Origin: an uncultured Thalassobacter sp.
Lineage (GTDB): Bacteria > Pseudomonadota > Alphaproteobacteria > Rhodobacterales > Rhodobacteraceae
Assembly (NCBI GenBank): GCA_963922715.1
Contig: CAWUJT010000001.1
Span: 9,430 to 73,429, forward strand
Direction: 5' to 3'
DNA length: 64,000 nt
The notes under the pieces are model-generated. The model was not told the origin of the DNA, made no database searches, and saw only the letters and a list, made by a program, of their open reading frames with translations. This document shows positions 10,990 to 22,414 of the stretch, piece by piece. Position numbers and translations under genes: made by a program. Within the stretch, counting starts at the first letter, position 1, and every line of letters starts with the position of its first letter.

Positions 10990-13266
10990 CTATCCATAAT
11001 GCGCAACAGGGGTTCCGGCCAGAGCTGAGATATTCAAAAGCCCACGTGCTGTGATCGAGGGGGTGACGATGTGAGCTTTGTTGCCCATACCCATCAAAAT
11101 CGGCCCGACTTCCAATCCACCACCGCGCATTTTCAGCATGTTTCGTGCGGCACTTGCGGTATCTGTCGAGGCAAAGATCAACACATTCGCCGGGCCTTCG
11201 AGGCGGGAGAAAGGCAGCAAGCGACTGCGCAATTCTGCGTCAAGGGCAGCATCCAAATTCATTTCGCCTTCATAGGCAAAATCGACCTCACGCAGATCAA
11301 GCGCCTCTAGGGCTGCACGCATCAAGCGCCCTGATGCCGTGTCAAGATTGCCAAATTGCGAGCCTGAACACAGCGCGATTTTAGGCTCAATCCCAAAACG
11401 GCGTACATGCCGGGCGGCACCGATCACAATCTCGACGATTTGATCCACGGTGGGTTCCGCATGCACTTGGGTATCGGCAATAAACAATGGACCATCTTCA
11501 TGGATCATTAGGCTTAAAGCACCCACCGGATGGAGACCATCGCGGGCCAACAATTGCCTGACATACCCCAGATGCCAAAGAAATTGCCCAAATGTGCCAC
11601 AGATCAAACTGTCCGCTTCGCCGCGATGCACCATAACGGCAGCGATGGCCGTGGTGTTGGTGCGCATGATGGCACGGGCAAGATCAGGGGTGACGCCGCG
11701 CCGCGCCATCAGGCCGTGGTAGGTTTCCCAATATGCGCGATATCGTGCATCGTGTTCTGGGTTCACAATTTCCACTGTTTCTCCGAGCTTTAATTTCAAA
11801 CCAGCGCGTTTGGCACGGGTTTCTATAACCTCGGGCCGTCCGATAAGGATCGGTACATCGGTGGTATCTTCCATCATCGCTTGGGCAGCCCGAAGCACGC
11901 GCTCGTCCTCGCCTTCGGCATAAACGATCTTGCGCTTGGTTTGGGCGGCGGCAGCGAACACAGGGCGCATCAAAAAAGCAGAGCGAAACACAGAACTATC
12001 GAGCTTGTCTTTGTACGCGTTGATCTCAAGCTCTCTTGTGGCCACACCGCTTTCGATGGCCGCCCGCGCCACGGCAGAGCCTACAACACCCATAAGTCGG
12101 GGATCGAATGGCTTGGGAATTAGGTAATCGGGACCGAAAGACAGCTGTTCCCCCTTATAAGCCGCGGCCGCCTCGGCAGAGGTTGTTTCGCGCGCCAGTG
12201 CCGCGATCCCTTCGACACAGGCCACTTTCATGGCATCATTGATCTCAGTCGCGCCAACATCTAAAGCGCCACGGAAAATGAAAGGAAAACACAACACGTT
12301 ATTGACTTGGTTGGGATAATCGCTGCGCCCCGTGGCCATCAGAGCATCGGGTGCCACAGCGCGGACCTCTTCTGGCCAGATTTCGGGGGTCGGGTTAGCC
12401 AGGGCAAAAACGATAGGCCTTGCGGCCATTTGCGCCACCATGTCAGGTTTCAGAACGTTCGGCCCAGACAGGCCGAGGAACAAATCCGCCCCACGGATCA
12501 CATCGCCGAGGCTGGCCGGGGCGTCACCTTGTGCAAAGGCGGCTTTCTGTGGGCTCATGTCAACTTCCCGTCCTTTATAGACAAGGCCCTCTCTATCGCA
12601 CAGCCAAATATTCTCGCGCTTCACCCCAAGGCTAACCAGCATATTTAGGCAAGCAATACCCGCCGCGCCCCCGCCGGTCGAGACGACCTTAATCGCGTCG
12701 AAGGTTTTCTCTGCCACCATCAAGGCATTCAAGGCCGCCGCGCCCACAACGATCGCCGTGCCGTGTTGATCATCGTGGAACACAGGAATAGACATGTTCT
12801 TTCGGCAAATCTCTTCGACGATGAAACACTCGGGCGCTTTGATGTCTTCCAGGTTGACCGCGCCAAATGTTGGCTCGAGCGCGCACACAATCTCGGCCAG
12901 GCGTTCAGGATCGGGTTCATTGACTTCGATATCAAAGCAATCGATATTGGCGAATTTCTTGAACAACACCGCTTTGCCTTCCATAACTGGTTTTGAGGCC
13001 AAAGCCCCGATATTGCCCAACCCTAACACGGCTGAGCCATTGGAAATCACCGCAACAAGATTGCCCCGTGCGGTGTATTTGGCCGCATTTGCAGGCTCTG
13101 CCACAATTTCCGCGCAGGCTTCTGCCACACCAGGCGAATACGCGCGCGCCAGATCTCTGCCGTTGGCCAGCGGTTTGGTGGCTCTGATTTCAAGCTTTCC
13201 CGGTTTGCCGCTGGCGTGATAGTCTAATGCCGCTTGGCGTAAGCTTTCCCGATCTTCGGTATCCAT
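10990..13266 (-). CDS. maeB: NADP-dependent malic enzyme (malic enzyme domain fused to a phosphate-acetyltransferase-like domain)
   Basis: A ~758-aa ORF with [13 protein letters not shown]...[11 protein letters not shown] and [12 protein letters not shown] motifs plus a C-terminal PTA-like domain. I prefer the ATG at 13266, which has GGGAGG 7 nt upstream, over the TTG at 13281. Confidence 0.93.
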   Translation of the reverse strand: MDTEDRESLRQAALDYHASGKPGKLEIRATKPLANGRDLARAYSPGVAEACAEIVAEPANAAKYTARGNLVAVISNGSAVLGLGNIGALASKPVMEGKAVLFKKFANIDCFDIEVNEPDPERLAEIVCALEPTFGAVNLEDIKAPECFIVEEICRKNMSIPVFHDDQHGTAIVVGAAALNALMVAEKTFDAIKVVSTGGGAAGIACLNMLVSLGVKRENIWLCDREGLVYKGREVDMSPQKAAFAQGDAPASLGDVIRGADLFLGLSGPNVLKPDMVAQMAARPIVFALANPTPEIWPEEVRAVAPDALMATGRSDYPNQVNNVLCFPFIFRGALDVGATEINDAMKVACVEGIAALARETTSAEAAAAYKGEQLSFGPDYLIPKPFDPRLMGVVGSAVARAAIESGVATRELEINAYKDKLDSSVFRSAFLMRPVFAAAAQTKRKIVYAEGEDERVLRAAQAMMEDTTDVPILIGRPEVIETRAKRAGLKLKLGETVEIVNPEHDARYRAYWETYHGLMARRGVTPDLARAIMRTNTTAIAAVMVHRGEADSLICGTFGQFLWHLGYVRQLLARDGLHPVGALSLMIHEDGPLFIADTQVHAEPTVDQIVEIVIGAARHVRRFGIEPKIALCSGSQFGNLDTASGRLMRAALEALDLREVDFAYEGEMNLDAALDAELRSRLLPFSRLEGPANVLIFASTDTASAARNMLKMRGGGLEVGPILMGMGNKAHIVTPSITARGLLNISALAGTPVAHYG

Positions 13267-13365
13267 TGCATAGCCTCCCAACCCGTCAATGTCCCATTCT
13301 TATCAACTGTAAGATACTTGCCTACACGAAGCCAGCACGATCCCTTGCACCAGGGCGTCCTAAGA

Positions 13366-13962
13366 TCACCCTTTTGCCGCCTCCCAATATGTGAAATCAC
13401 GCGAGTGGCTTGCCCGGACTTGATCGTGCAGTTCTTGTGAGAGATGGGTTGGTCCTTCGGGGGACACATTTTCCTTAGAGAGTATAATTTTTTGCGCAAG
13501 TTGTTCTTCGAGAAAAGAGATCACTGTTGACATATTTTCATAGCGGAAGAGGTGATCAACGCCCAGTTCCCCTGATTTGGTTGTCAAAAACCGCCCTTGG
13601 CTGCCTAAAGCTGCATAAGCTGGCGGCGTCTGCCTGAGCCATTCCCGCACAAAATCTTCGAAAGTAACCTCGGGCGGAATGGCCTTTTCCCGACCTGAGA
13701 TTTCTGGACGGCTCCGATACCGATACCATGACCCGAGCCAATCCACCGGCTCGCGTATAAGGGCAACACGCTTGAAGTGCCGTTGCCCACGCTCAATAAA
13801 TCGCATCACCTCGCGCTCATATTTTTGCACGTTGCAATGCTTTAGTCCGGGGGGATTTACAATCGCCACGTCAGCATAGGGTGCAAGGGCTGCCTCAAGC
13901 GCGGTGGTTCCCGTTTTGGGGACGGCAAACAAAATAAGTTTTGCTTTCCAAAAGACCAACAT
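13366..13962 (-). CDS. Sulfotransferase-family protein (function unknown)
   Basis: The N-terminal LFAVPKTGTTAL resembles the PAPS 5'-phosphosulfate-binding loop of sulfotransferases. The start is set at the ATG at 13962 (MLVFWKAK...). The family call is recall-based. Confidence 0.55.
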   Translation of the reverse strand: MLVFWKAKLILFAVPKTGTTALEAALAPYADVAIVNPPGLKHCNVQKYEREVMRFIERGQRHFKRVALIREPVDWLGSWYRYRSRPEISGREKAIPPEVTFEDFVREWLRQTPPAYAALGSQGRFLTTKSGELGVDHLFRYENMSTVISFLEEQLAQKIILSKENVSPEGPTHLSQELHDQVRASHSRDFTYWEAAKG

Positions 13963-14075
13963 GCAAAAAGACTTTCCCAATCACTTTTTTCTAACGTCTC
14001 ATTAACTTGAGTCTTTCATCAGTGGAATAGGAACAATTTCTCTTGAAATGTTCTCATTTTGGCCTCATAAGATAA

Positions 14076-14090
14076 GAACATGAGGTGAAC
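14076..14090. promoter_or_regulatory. Alphaproteobacterial LexA (SOS) box upstream of recA
   Basis: GAACATGAGGTGAAC is GAAC-N7-GAAC, the reverse complement of the GTTC-N7-GTTC direct-repeat SOS box described for Rhodobacter and Rhizobium. It lies 50 nt upstream of the recA ATG. Confidence 0.7.
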
Positions 14091-14139
14091 ATCAACAAGC
14101 GTTGCTATTTTGTGGCACGCATGAAATGAAGGGCAGAAA

Positions 14140-15210
14140 ATGGCACTGGCAGATATTTTAGATATGACATCAAAACGCAGCAGCGACAAACAAAAGGCAC
14201 TCGACTCTGCTTTGGCTCAGATCGAACGCCAATTCGGCAAAGGCTCCATCATGAAACTCGGGGCCGATAGCCCTATGGCGGAGATTGAGGCGACCTCGAC
14301 CGGCTCACTGGGGCTTGACATCGCGCTGGGCATTGGCGGATTGCCAAAAGGGCGCATTATCGAGATTTATGGCCCTGAAAGCTCCGGCAAAACGACGTTG
14401 ACCCTACACTGCATCGCGGAAGAGCAGAAGAAGGGTGGCATTTGCGCGTTTGTGGATGCTGAACATGCGCTCGATCCGCAATATGCCCGCAAGCTGGGCG
14501 TCGATCTGGATGAGCTCCTGATTTCTCAGCCCGATACAGGGGAACAAGCGCTTGAGATCACCGATACGTTGGTGCGTTCCGGGGCGGTCAATATGGTTGT
14601 GGTTGATTCGGTGGCTGCCCTCACGCCCAAGTCGGAACTCGAAGGCGATATGGGCGATAGCTCTGTCGGTGTTCATGCCCGCTTGATGAGCCAAGCGATG
14701 CGCAAACTCACAGGCTCAATCGCGCGGTCGAATTGCATGGTGATTTTTATCAACCAAATCCGCATGAAAATTGGCGTTATGTTCGGCTCTCCTGAAACCA
14801 CAACCGGGGGCAATGCACTGAAATTCTATAGCTCCGTCCGTTTGGACATACGCCGCATCGGGTCGATCAAGGATAAGGATGAGGTTGTTGGCAACTCCAC
14901 GCGGGTGAAAGTCGTCAAAAACAAAGTGGCTCCGCCGTTCAAACAAGTGGAATTCGACATCATGTATGGGGAAGGTATTTCCAAGATGGGTGAGCTTCTT
15001 GATCTGGGTGTTAAGGCCGGTGTGGTTGAAAAATCCGGCTCTTGGTTCTCATATGGGGATGAACGTATCGGTCAGGGGCGGGAAAACGCCAAAAACTTCC
15101 TGCGGGAAAACGGTGCGGTTGCGCTCGAAATTGAAGACAAAATCCGCGCCGCCCATGGTCTTGATTTCCATATGACGGAGACTGATAAGGCCGAAATTCT
15201 CAATGAATAG
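14140..15210 (+). CDS. recA: Recombinase RecA
   Basis: A 356-aa ORF with [22 protein letters not shown], Walker [11 protein letters not shown], and the DSVAAL motif. Confidence 0.98.
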   Translation: MALADILDMTSKRSSDKQKALDSALAQIERQFGKGSIMKLGADSPMAEIEATSTGSLGLDIALGIGGLPKGRIIEIYGPESSGKTTLTLHCIAEEQKKGGICAFVDAEHALDPQYARKLGVDLDELLISQPDTGEQALEITDTLVRSGAVNMVVVDSVAALTPKSELEGDMGDSSVGVHARLMSQAMRKLTGSIARSNCMVIFINQIRMKIGVMFGSPETTTGGNALKFYSSVRLDIRRIGSIKDKDEVVGNSTRVKVVKNKVAPPFKQVEFDIMYGEGISKMGELLDLGVKAGVVEKSGSWFSYGDERIGQGRENAKNFLRENGAVALEIEDKIRAAHGLDFHMTETDKAEILNE

Positions 15211-15307
15211 ATGAATGTTCAAGCGCGTTGTGCATAGCCATGGACAGCGCGCCCTCATAAAGCTACATCCTCTTGCGGAACAAAACCTGGCAAGAGCGAT
15301 ATCAATC

Positions 15308-17980
15308 ATGGCAAGCCTTAACACGATACGTCAAACCTTTCTCGATTACTTTGCCCGTCATGGGCATCAAGTGGTGGCAAGCTCACCGCTGGTGCCGCGT
15401 AACGATCCAACCCTGATGTTCGTCAACTCGGGTATGGTGCAGTTCAAAAATGTGTTCACAGGGTTGGAAAAACGAGAGTACCAGCGCGCGGTGACAGCAC
15501 AAAAATGCGTGCGCGCGGGCGGCAAGCACAACGATTTGGACAATGTGGGATACACCGCCCGTCATCACACCTTTTTTGAAATGCTCGGCAATTTTAGCTT
15601 TGGCGATTATTTCAAAACGGAAGCCATTCCCTTTGCCTGGGAGCTGATCACCAAAGACTTCGCGATCCCGTCAGATCGCCTTTATACGACTGTTTTTCAC
15701 ACGGATGACGAGGCCTATGAGATCTGGAAAAAGGTAGGTGTGCCAGAAGATCGAATAATCCGCATCGCCACCTCTGACAACTTTTGGCAAATGGGCCCCA
15801 CGGGGCCGTGCGGCCCGTGCAGTGAGATTTTCTATGATCATGGCCCACATATTTGGGGCGGGCCACCGGGCAGCCCCGAGGAGGATGGCGATCGGTTTAT
15901 TGAGATTTGGAACATCGTCTTTATGCAAAACGAGCAATTCGAAGACGGTAGCATGAAGGCGCTCGACATTCAGTCCATTGACACGGGCATGGGGCTGGAA
16001 CGGATTGGCGCACTTCTTCAGGGCACAAATGATGTTTACGACACAGATCTAATGCGCAGTTTGATAGAAGCCAGTGCGGATGCGACATCACAAGACCCGG
16101 ATGGACCTGGCAAAACACATCATCGTGTGATTGCAGATCACTTGCGCTCCGTCGCTTTTTTGATTGCCGATGGTGTCATGCCCTCAAACGAAGGACGTGG
16201 CTATGTTCTGCGCCGGATTATGCGCCGGGCTATGCGGCACGCGCATCTTTTGGGCGCGAAAGACCCAGTGATGCACAGCCTTGTACCAGCGCTTGTGCGG
16301 CAAATGGGGCAACACTATCAAGAGCTTGTTAAAGCACAGGCCCTTGTTACGGAAACGCTGCATCTGGAAGAAACAAAATTCCAAGCCACGCTCGACCGGG
16401 GGCTTAAACTGCTCGACGAAGAACTCACGCAGTTGCCACAGGGCGCGGCGCTGCCAGGTGAAACGGCCTTTAAACTCTATGATACATATGGGTTTCCGCT
16501 TGACCTGACCCAGGATGCCCTGCGCGAAAAGGGTCACGATGTTGATGTGGCGGGTTTTGATGAGGCTATGGCGGAACAAAAGCGCAAAGCACGTGCAGCT
16601 TGGGCAGGTTCGGGGGCCGCGAGCGATGCAGCGATCTGGTTCGATATCGCTGAGGCAACAGGCAGCACAGAGTTTCTCGGTTATGAGACAGAAAAGGCCG
16701 AAGGTGTTGTTGTTGCTTTGGTCCGTGACGGCGCGGAAACCGATAAGCTCAAAGAGGGTGAGACGGGGTGGGTCGTTCTCAATCAAACCCCCTTTTATGG
16801 GGAATCTGGGGGACAAGTGGGTGATACGGGTTGGTTGCGCCGTCTTGAAAATGAGGACGATTTTGCCCATGTCACCGACACGCAAAAATTGGCCGATGGA
16901 CGCCTGATTGCCCATTTGGTGACCCAAGAGCGCGGCACGATCACCAAACATGACGCTTTGGCGCTTGAGGTAAATCACAAGCGCCGCAGTGCCATTCGCG
17001 CCAACCATTCCGCAACCCATCTTCTCCATGAAGCTTTACGTGTGGCGCTTGGAGATCAGGTTGCGCAGCGTGGCTCTCTCAACGCGCCGGATCGGTTGCG
17101 GTTTGATTTTAGTCATACCAAGGCGCTCAGCCTTGCGGAATTGGCGCATGTTGAGGCAGAGGTGAACGCCTATATTCGTCAAAATACACTTGTTCAAACA
17201 CGGATTATGACACCAGACGACGCCCGCGCTTTGGGGGCGCAGGCGCTTTTCGGGGAAAAATATGGCGATGAGGTGCGCGTTGTCTCCATGGGGCAGAAAA
17301 CAGGCTCCGGCAAAGGGGCGGATGGACAGACATATTCGCTTGAACTTTGTGGCGGGACGCATGTGGCGCGCACCGGCGATATCGGGGCCTTTGTGACCTT
17401 AGGGGACAGTGCAAGCAGCGCGGGCGTGCGGCGGATCGAGGCGCTGACAGGGGCAAAAGCGTTAGACTATCTCAGAGCACAAGACCACAAACTCGCAGAA
17501 ACCGCTTTGGTGCTAAAAGCCCAAGCCACCGAGGTCCCTGAGCGTGTGCGTGCCCTGATGGAGGAGCGTAAAGCGCTGCAAGCCGAAGTCAGCCAACTCA
17601 GACGTGATCTCGCTATGTCGGGGGGTGCGGATGCACCTGAGGTCAACGTCACAGAAATCGCAGGCGTTAAATTTATAGCGCAGGTGTTGCAAGGGGTTCC
17701 CGGCAAAGAGCTTCCTGCTTTGATCGACGCACACAAAGACACGCTTGGCAGTGGCGTTGTTCTGATGATGACGGAAACAGGTGGTAAAGCCGCTGTGGCT
17801 GTGGGGGTGACATCTGACCTTATAGAAAGATATTCCGCCGTTGATTTGCTGCGTGCCGCGGTGGCGGCCTTAGATGGCAAAGGCGGCGGCGGGCGTCCTG
17901 ATTTGGCCCAGGGCGGGGCACCTTCCTTGGCCCAGGCGGATGCGGCGGTCACGGCTGTTGGAACTCTTCTCAAGGGGTAA
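15308..17980 (+). CDS. alaS: Alanine--tRNA ligase
   Basis: The gene starts [47 protein letters not shown]. The editing-domain HSATHLLH and the C-terminal DHHA1-type [12 protein letters not shown] are present. The ORF-track start at 15215 is rejected as an upstream extension. Confidence 0.96.
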   Translation: MASLNTIRQTFLDYFARHGHQVVASSPLVPRNDPTLMFVNSGMVQFKNVFTGLEKREYQRAVTAQKCVRAGGKHNDLDNVGYTARHHTFFEMLGNFSFGDYFKTEAIPFAWELITKDFAIPSDRLYTTVFHTDDEAYEIWKKVGVPEDRIIRIATSDNFWQMGPTGPCGPCSEIFYDHGPHIWGGPPGSPEEDGDRFIEIWNIVFMQNEQFEDGSMKALDIQSIDTGMGLERIGALLQGTNDVYDTDLMRSLIEASADATSQDPDGPGKTHHRVIADHLRSVAFLIADGVMPSNEGRGYVLRRIMRRAMRHAHLLGAKDPVMHSLVPALVRQMGQHYQELVKAQALVTETLHLEETKFQATLDRGLKLLDEELTQLPQGAALPGETAFKLYDTYGFPLDLTQDALREKGHDVDVAGFDEAMAEQKRKARAAWAGSGAASDAAIWFDIAEATGSTEFLGYETEKAEGVVVALVRDGAETDKLKEGETGWVVLNQTPFYGESGGQVGDTGWLRRLENEDDFAHVTDTQKLADGRLIAHLVTQERGTITKHDALALEVNHKRRSAIRANHSATHLLHEALRVALGDQVAQRGSLNAPDRLRFDFSHTKALSLAELAHVEAEVNAYIRQNTLVQTRIMTPDDARALGAQALFGEKYGDEVRVVSMGQKTGSGKGADGQTYSLELCGGTHVARTGDIGAFVTLGDSASSAGVRRIEALTGAKALDYLRAQDHKLAETALVLKAQATEVPERVRALMEERKALQAEVSQLRRDLAMSGGADAPEVNVTEIAGVKFIAQVLQGVPGKELPALIDAHKDTLGSGVVLMMTETGGKAAVAVGVTSDLIERYSAVDLLRAAVAALDGKGGGGRPDLAQGGAPSLAQADAAVTAVGTLLKG

Positions 17981-17983
17981 GCC

Positions 17984-18727
17984 ATGGATACGTTGACCAC
18001 GCCCCAAGGCCGACAGTTGATCTACAACAAAACGCCTGGACGAACCCCTGGGATTGTTTTTCTGGGTGGATATATGTCTGATCGGTCCGGCTCTAAAGCG
18101 GTTCACCTGGAAAGTTGGGCGCAATTGCAAGGATATGCTTATGTGCGTTTTGATTACTCTGGCCATGGGGAAAGTAGCGGGCGTTTCGAAGACGGTGCGA
18201 TTGGCGATTGGTATGAAGATGCTTTGGCGATCCTAGAAAGCTGCTGTGAAGGGCCACAGATCCTTGTCGGCAGCTCTATGGGCGGCTGGATTGCATTGCT
18301 CATCGCCCGAGAAAGAGTCGATCTTGTGTCGGGTCTTGTCACCATCGCGGTGGCCCCTGATTTTACGACGATGAAATGGGACAGTTTGAGCAATGACCAG
18401 AAAAATGCTGTGGCGCAATATGGACATCATCGTGAACCTTCCGCGTATGGTACAGATTACATTTTCACCAAACGTTTGTTTGAGGATGGCATGGCGCGGT
18501 CCGTTCTCAACCACCCTTTGTGCTTGAATATGCCGATCCGCATGTTGCAAGGCACAGAAGACAAAGCTGTCCCCACAGAGGTGGCTTTGCGGCTTCTGGC
18601 CCATATTGAATGCCCTGACGCCAGCCTGGAGCTTGTGAAAAGCAAAGATCACTCCTTTTCCGATTCTGAGTGTTTGACACGTATCGAGACAAAAATTTCC
18701 GAAGTCCAAGAACGGATTGGTCACTAA
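17984..18727 (+). CDS. Alpha/beta-fold hydrolase
   Basis: A 247-aa ORF with the nucleophile elbow GSSMGG and a C-terminal DH catalytic context. Confidence 0.7.
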   Translation: MDTLTTPQGRQLIYNKTPGRTPGIVFLGGYMSDRSGSKAVHLESWAQLQGYAYVRFDYSGHGESSGRFEDGAIGDWYEDALAILESCCEGPQILVGSSMGGWIALLIARERVDLVSGLVTIAVAPDFTTMKWDSLSNDQKNAVAQYGHHREPSAYGTDYIFTKRLFEDGMARSVLNHPLCLNMPIRMLQGTEDKAVPTEVALRLLAHIECPDASLELVKSKDHSFSDSECLTRIETKISEVQERIGH

Positions 18728-18833
18728 GGCCGACGCGCTCATTTCAAAGCCATAAGCGGCACACAGCCGTATTCCGTGGTTTGTGTAAAGCTTTTCTAGA
18801 CCAATGTTGTTCAAGATTATATTTGATGATCCC

Positions 18834-18989
18834 ATGACAAAGAAGACCAGCACCCCAGCAACACGCCAAGACCGCTTGAAAGCGGCCTTGAAGGCCAATA
18901 TGACAAAACGAAAGGCCCAAGCCAAAGCGCGTGACGCGGGTAAAAAGACAAAGATAAACCAAAATTCAAATGTAGAGCAGGATGGATAG
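18834..18989 (+). CDS. Small lysine/arginine-rich hypothetical protein (51 aa)
   Basis: [40 protein letters not shown]... The 3' end overlaps the murA start by 8 nt, which suggests co-translation. I recognise no family. Confidence 0.45.
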   Translation: MTKKTSTPATRQDRLKAALKANMTKRKAQAKARDAGKKTKINQNSNVEQDG

Positions 18990-20250
18990 TATAATTGTCA
19001 CGGGCAATGGCCCGCTTTCAGGTCAGATTTCTATTGCTGGCGCAAAAAACGCATGTTTGACGCTCATGCCTGTCACTTTGCTGACGGATGAGCCACTCAC
19101 GCTGATCAACACACCAAGATTGTCCGACATCCAAACGATGACACGCCTGTTGCAATCCTTGGGAGCAGAAGTCCAAGCCCTTGCCGATGGGACCGTTTTA
19201 TCCCTGTCGTCACATGCTTTGACCACGTGCAAAGCGGACTACAACATTGTGCGTAAAATGCGTGCCTCCATTTTGGTGCTTGGTCCTTTGCTGGCCCGCT
19301 TTGGGGAGGCCACTGTCTCCCTTCCTGGCGGCTGTGCCATCGGCGCGCGTCCGGTCGATCTACACCTCAAAGCTTTGGAAACCATGGGGGCTGTTCTGGA
19401 GCTACGCGACGGGTACGTGCATGCAAAAGCCCCCTCCAGTGGGTTGACAGGGGGGACGGTGAACTTTCCCTTCGTCTCTGTCGGAGCCACTGAAAACGCA
19501 TTGATGGCTGCGACACTTGCAAAAGGCACGAGTGTTCTTAAGAATGCGGCGCGCGAACCAGAAATCGTCGATCTTGGTAAGTGCTTGCAAGCCATGGGGG
19601 CCAAAATCGATGGATTGGGAACGGACATAATTACGGTTGAGGGTGTTGAAGCCCTTCAGGGCACCACGCATCGTGTGATCACAGATCGTATCGAGCTTGG
19701 TACCTACATGATTGCCCCTGCTATTACGGGGGGCTCTGTCTTGCTTGAAAACGGACGTCGTTCTCTTCTGGAGGCGTTTTGCAAAAAACTCGAAGAGACA
19801 GGTGTCACGATCACAGAAACCCCGGACGGTTTGCGTGTGACACGACCTGACGGGCCAATTCATGCGACAGATTTTGACACTGCGCCCTTTCCAGGTTTCC
19901 CAACCGATTTACAAGCGCAAATGATGGCGCTGCTCTCTACCGCAGCAGGCACCTCTGTCATTCATGAGCATGTGTTTGAAAACCGCTTTATGCATGCGCC
20001 TGAATTGGCGCGCATGGGCGCAAAGATTGATATTTCTGGTGGGACGGCAACGGTGACAGGGGTTTCAGGCCTGAAGGGGGCCCCGGTTATGGCCACAGAT
20101 CTACGGGCGTCCGTGTCTCTTATCCTTGCAGGGCTGGCCGCAGAGGGGCGCACCCGTGTTGCGCGTGTGTATCATCTGGATCGTGGATATGAGCGGGTGG
20201 TGGAAAAATTGAGTGCGGTTGGGGCACAAATCGAACGTGTGTCGGAATGA
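18982..20250 (+). CDS. murA: UDP-N-acetylglucosamine 1-carboxyvinyltransferase
   Basis: A 422-aa ORF with [17 protein letters not shown] at the N-terminus, the active-site loop [15 protein letters not shown], and HLDRGYE near the C-terminus. Confidence 0.97.
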   Translation: MDSIIVTGNGPLSGQISIAGAKNACLTLMPVTLLTDEPLTLINTPRLSDIQTMTRLLQSLGAEVQALADGTVLSLSSHALTTCKADYNIVRKMRASILVLGPLLARFGEATVSLPGGCAIGARPVDLHLKALETMGAVLELRDGYVHAKAPSSGLTGGTVNFPFVSVGATENALMAATLAKGTSVLKNAAREPEIVDLGKCLQAMGAKIDGLGTDIITVEGVEALQGTTHRVITDRIELGTYMIAPAITGGSVLLENGRRSLLEAFCKKLEETGVTITETPDGLRVTRPDGPIHATDFDTAPFPGFPTDLQAQMMALLSTAAGTSVIHEHVFENRFMHAPELARMGAKIDISGGTATVTGVSGLKGAPVMATDLRASVSLILAGLAAEGRTRVARVYHLDRGYERVVEKLSAVGAQIERVSE

Positions 20251-20708
20251 GTGAAGATGCCAGTTTTCGAGATGGGGATGAGCATCCACTTCGTCTGATT
20301 GCGCGTGACAGTGAAGACTTGGTGGCGATCTCTGCCTTGGTTCAAGACGCTATTCTGCCCGCGAACGAGATGAAGTGGGTACGCAAGAAAAGACAATTCT
20401 CGTTGCTGGTCAATCGCTACCGTTGGGAAGATCCAGCCGCGCGCAACGAACGTGTCCAGGCTGTTTTGAGTTTCCATGATGTGTTCAAAGTCAGAAGTGC
20501 AGGGATTTCGCCAGATAGTGAGACGGTTCTGTCCCTGATGGCGTTGGCATGGATCCCCGATCAAGATGGCATGGGCCAAGTTGAACTGACATTTTCTGGT
20601 GATGGGACGCTGGTTCTACATGTGGAGTGTTTAGAGGTCTGGCTGCGTGATGTCAGCCGCCCGTATGAAGCACCCTCTGGCCAAGCCCCAAAGCACTTAT
20701 TGGATTAA
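20247..20708 (+). CDS. DUF2948-family protein
   Basis: A 153-aa ORF overlapping the murA stop by 4 nt. The position downstream of murA and the [21 protein letters not shown] start match my recollection of DUF2948 in alphaproteobacteria. Confidence 0.55.
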   Translation: MSEDASFRDGDEHPLRLIARDSEDLVAISALVQDAILPANEMKWVRKKRQFSLLVNRYRWEDPAARNERVQAVLSFHDVFKVRSAGISPDSETVLSLMALAWIPDQDGMGQVELTFSGDGTLVLHVECLEVWLRDVSRPYEAPSGQAPKHLLD

Positions 20709-21685
20709 GATGTCATCAGTGTTTTGAGGTCTGCCTCAGGCCGCGCCCCGATATGTGAAATGATTTCTGCGGCAGCAACACATCCCATGCGTCCGCAGTC
20801 TTCCAAAGATGCGCCTTGCGTGAGCCCATATAAAAACCCACTTGCGAAAAGATCGCCCGCTCCTGTCGCGTCAACAATATCTGTTGGCACGGCTGGGACA
20901 TGAATACGGTTTTTGCCTTGGGCAATGTGAACGCCTTGTGCCCCGTTGGTACACACAACAATGTCGCACTCCGTTGCAGAGGCCTCTAGGGTTTCCGCAA
21001 GGCTACTGCTGGGATACATCGCCATAAGTTCATGAATGTTGGCAAACAGAAGATCCGCCTCTTCACGGATCAAACGTGCAAAAGCGTCTCTGTGGCGGTC
21101 AACACAAAACGGATCGGATAAGGTCAAAGACACTTTCCCGCCCGTCCCTTTTACGGCTTTGATGGCCTTTGCAAAGGCGGCATGGCTTTGCGGCCCATCA
21201 AAACGGTAGCCTTCAAGATAAATCCACCCTGCTTGACCGATTTGTGCACTATCAATGTCCTCCGGGCCCAGGTGCTCACTCACGCCCAGATATGTGTTCA
21301 TTGTGCGTTCCCCATCGGGGGCAACCAGCACAATACACCGGCCGGTTTCATCGGGGTGTGTTTTTGCGGCAAGCGGCGTTTCATATGTGGCCCCTTGGGC
21401 GCGCAGATCGTGGGCAAAAATCGCCCCAAGCTGATCGTCTTTGACCTTCCCGACGTAGGCAGTGCGGGCACCAAGCTGAGCGAGCCCTGCGATTGTGTTC
21501 GCCGCGGACCCGCCAGAAATTTCTCGGGCTGGGCCTATTTTTTCATAAAGCGACACAGCGCGGTCCATATCAATCAGCTGCATGATCCCGCGGTGAATAT
21601 CATGTTCGATCAGAAAGTCATCGGTGGCATGGGTCAAAATATCAACCATCGCATTGCCAATGCCGATAACGTCAAACGTTTTCAT
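20705..21685 (-). CDS. PfkB-family carbohydrate/nucleoside kinase, probably adenosine kinase
   Basis: A 326-aa ORF with GIGNAMVD at the N-terminus, GGSAANT, and the C-terminal DATGAGDLFASGF (PfkB signature 2). Confidence 0.8.
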   Translation of the reverse strand: MKTFDVIGIGNAMVDILTHATDDFLIEHDIHRGIMQLIDMDRAVSLYEKIGPAREISGGSAANTIAGLAQLGARTAYVGKVKDDQLGAIFAHDLRAQGATYETPLAAKTHPDETGRCIVLVAPDGERTMNTYLGVSEHLGPEDIDSAQIGQAGWIYLEGYRFDGPQSHAAFAKAIKAVKGTGGKVSLTLSDPFCVDRHRDAFARLIREEADLLFANIHELMAMYPSSSLAETLEASATECDIVVCTNGAQGVHIAQGKNRIHVPAVPTDIVDATGAGDLFASGFLYGLTQGASLEDCGRMGCVAAAEIISHIGARPEADLKTLMTS

Positions 21686-22326
21686 AGGGTCTTATCCTCA
21701 TAAGGGCAAAGGTCATTTAGGATGCAAACCTTGCAGAGGGGTTTACGCGCCTTACAGATGTAGCGACCATGCAAGATAAGCCAATGATGCGCGTGCTGTT
21801 GGAAGGGGACAGGCACGTTATCCTCTATCGCGCGCTCAACAGCATCAACGTCTTTGCCTGGGGCAATGCCTGTGCGGTTGCCAACGCGAAAGATGTGGGT
21901 ATCGACGGCCTGTGCCGGAAATCCCCACCACATATTCAATACTACATTTGCTGTTTTGCGCCCCACCCCTGGCAAGCTTGTGAGTGCGGCACGTGAACAT
22001 GGCACATTACCCCCATAGTCCTCAACAAGGATACGGGACAGCTTTATGACGTTTTTGGCTTTGTTGCGATAAAGACCGATTGTCTTGATGTAGTCGATCA
22101 ATCCGCCTTCTCCTAAGGCAAGCATTTTGTCGGGCGTATCGGCAACCTGAAACAGGTTTTTTGTGGCTTTGTTGACCCCCGCATCCGTGGCCTGCGCGGA
22201 CAAAGCAACCGCCACCACCAGTGTGAACGCATTGGTGTGATTGAGTTCCCCTTTGGGTGCGGGCTCTTGCGCTTGAAAACGAGTGAACACCTGCTCTAAT
22301 GTTTGATAATCCATCTGACGTGCCAT
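21682..22326 (-). CDS. nth: Endonuclease III
   Basis: A 214-aa ORF with the HhH-GPD element LPGVGRKTANVVL and the C-terminal 4Fe-4S cluster C-x6-C-x2-C-x5-C (CKARKPLCKVCILNDLC). Confidence 0.94.
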   Translation of the reverse strand: MARQMDYQTLEQVFTRFQAQEPAPKGELNHTNAFTLVVAVALSAQATDAGVNKATKNLFQVADTPDKMLALGEGGLIDYIKTIGLYRNKAKNVIKLSRILVEDYGGNVPCSRAALTSLPGVGRKTANVVLNMWWGFPAQAVDTHIFRVGNRTGIAPGKDVDAVERAIEDNVPVPFQQHAHHWLILHGRYICKARKPLCKVCILNDLCPYEDKTL

Positions 22327-22414
22327 GGCTTTGCCCTAACCGGCCCAGACAAGATGCGCAAGAAGCGGGTCGATTAAGACTGGCCAACCATCTAGGGTAA
22401 GCATCATTAAGGAG

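Noticed and set aside
16184-17029. 281-aa minus-strand ORF inside alaS
   Set aside because: It is antisense to alaS, has no motifs, and has no plausible Shine-Dalgarno sequence. It is a shadow ORF.
18233-18925. 230-aa minus-strand ORF spanning the hydrolase 3' half and the spacer before murA
   Set aside because: It overlaps a well-supported alpha/beta hydrolase gene and the small murA-coupled ORF on the other strand. Its product has no motifs.
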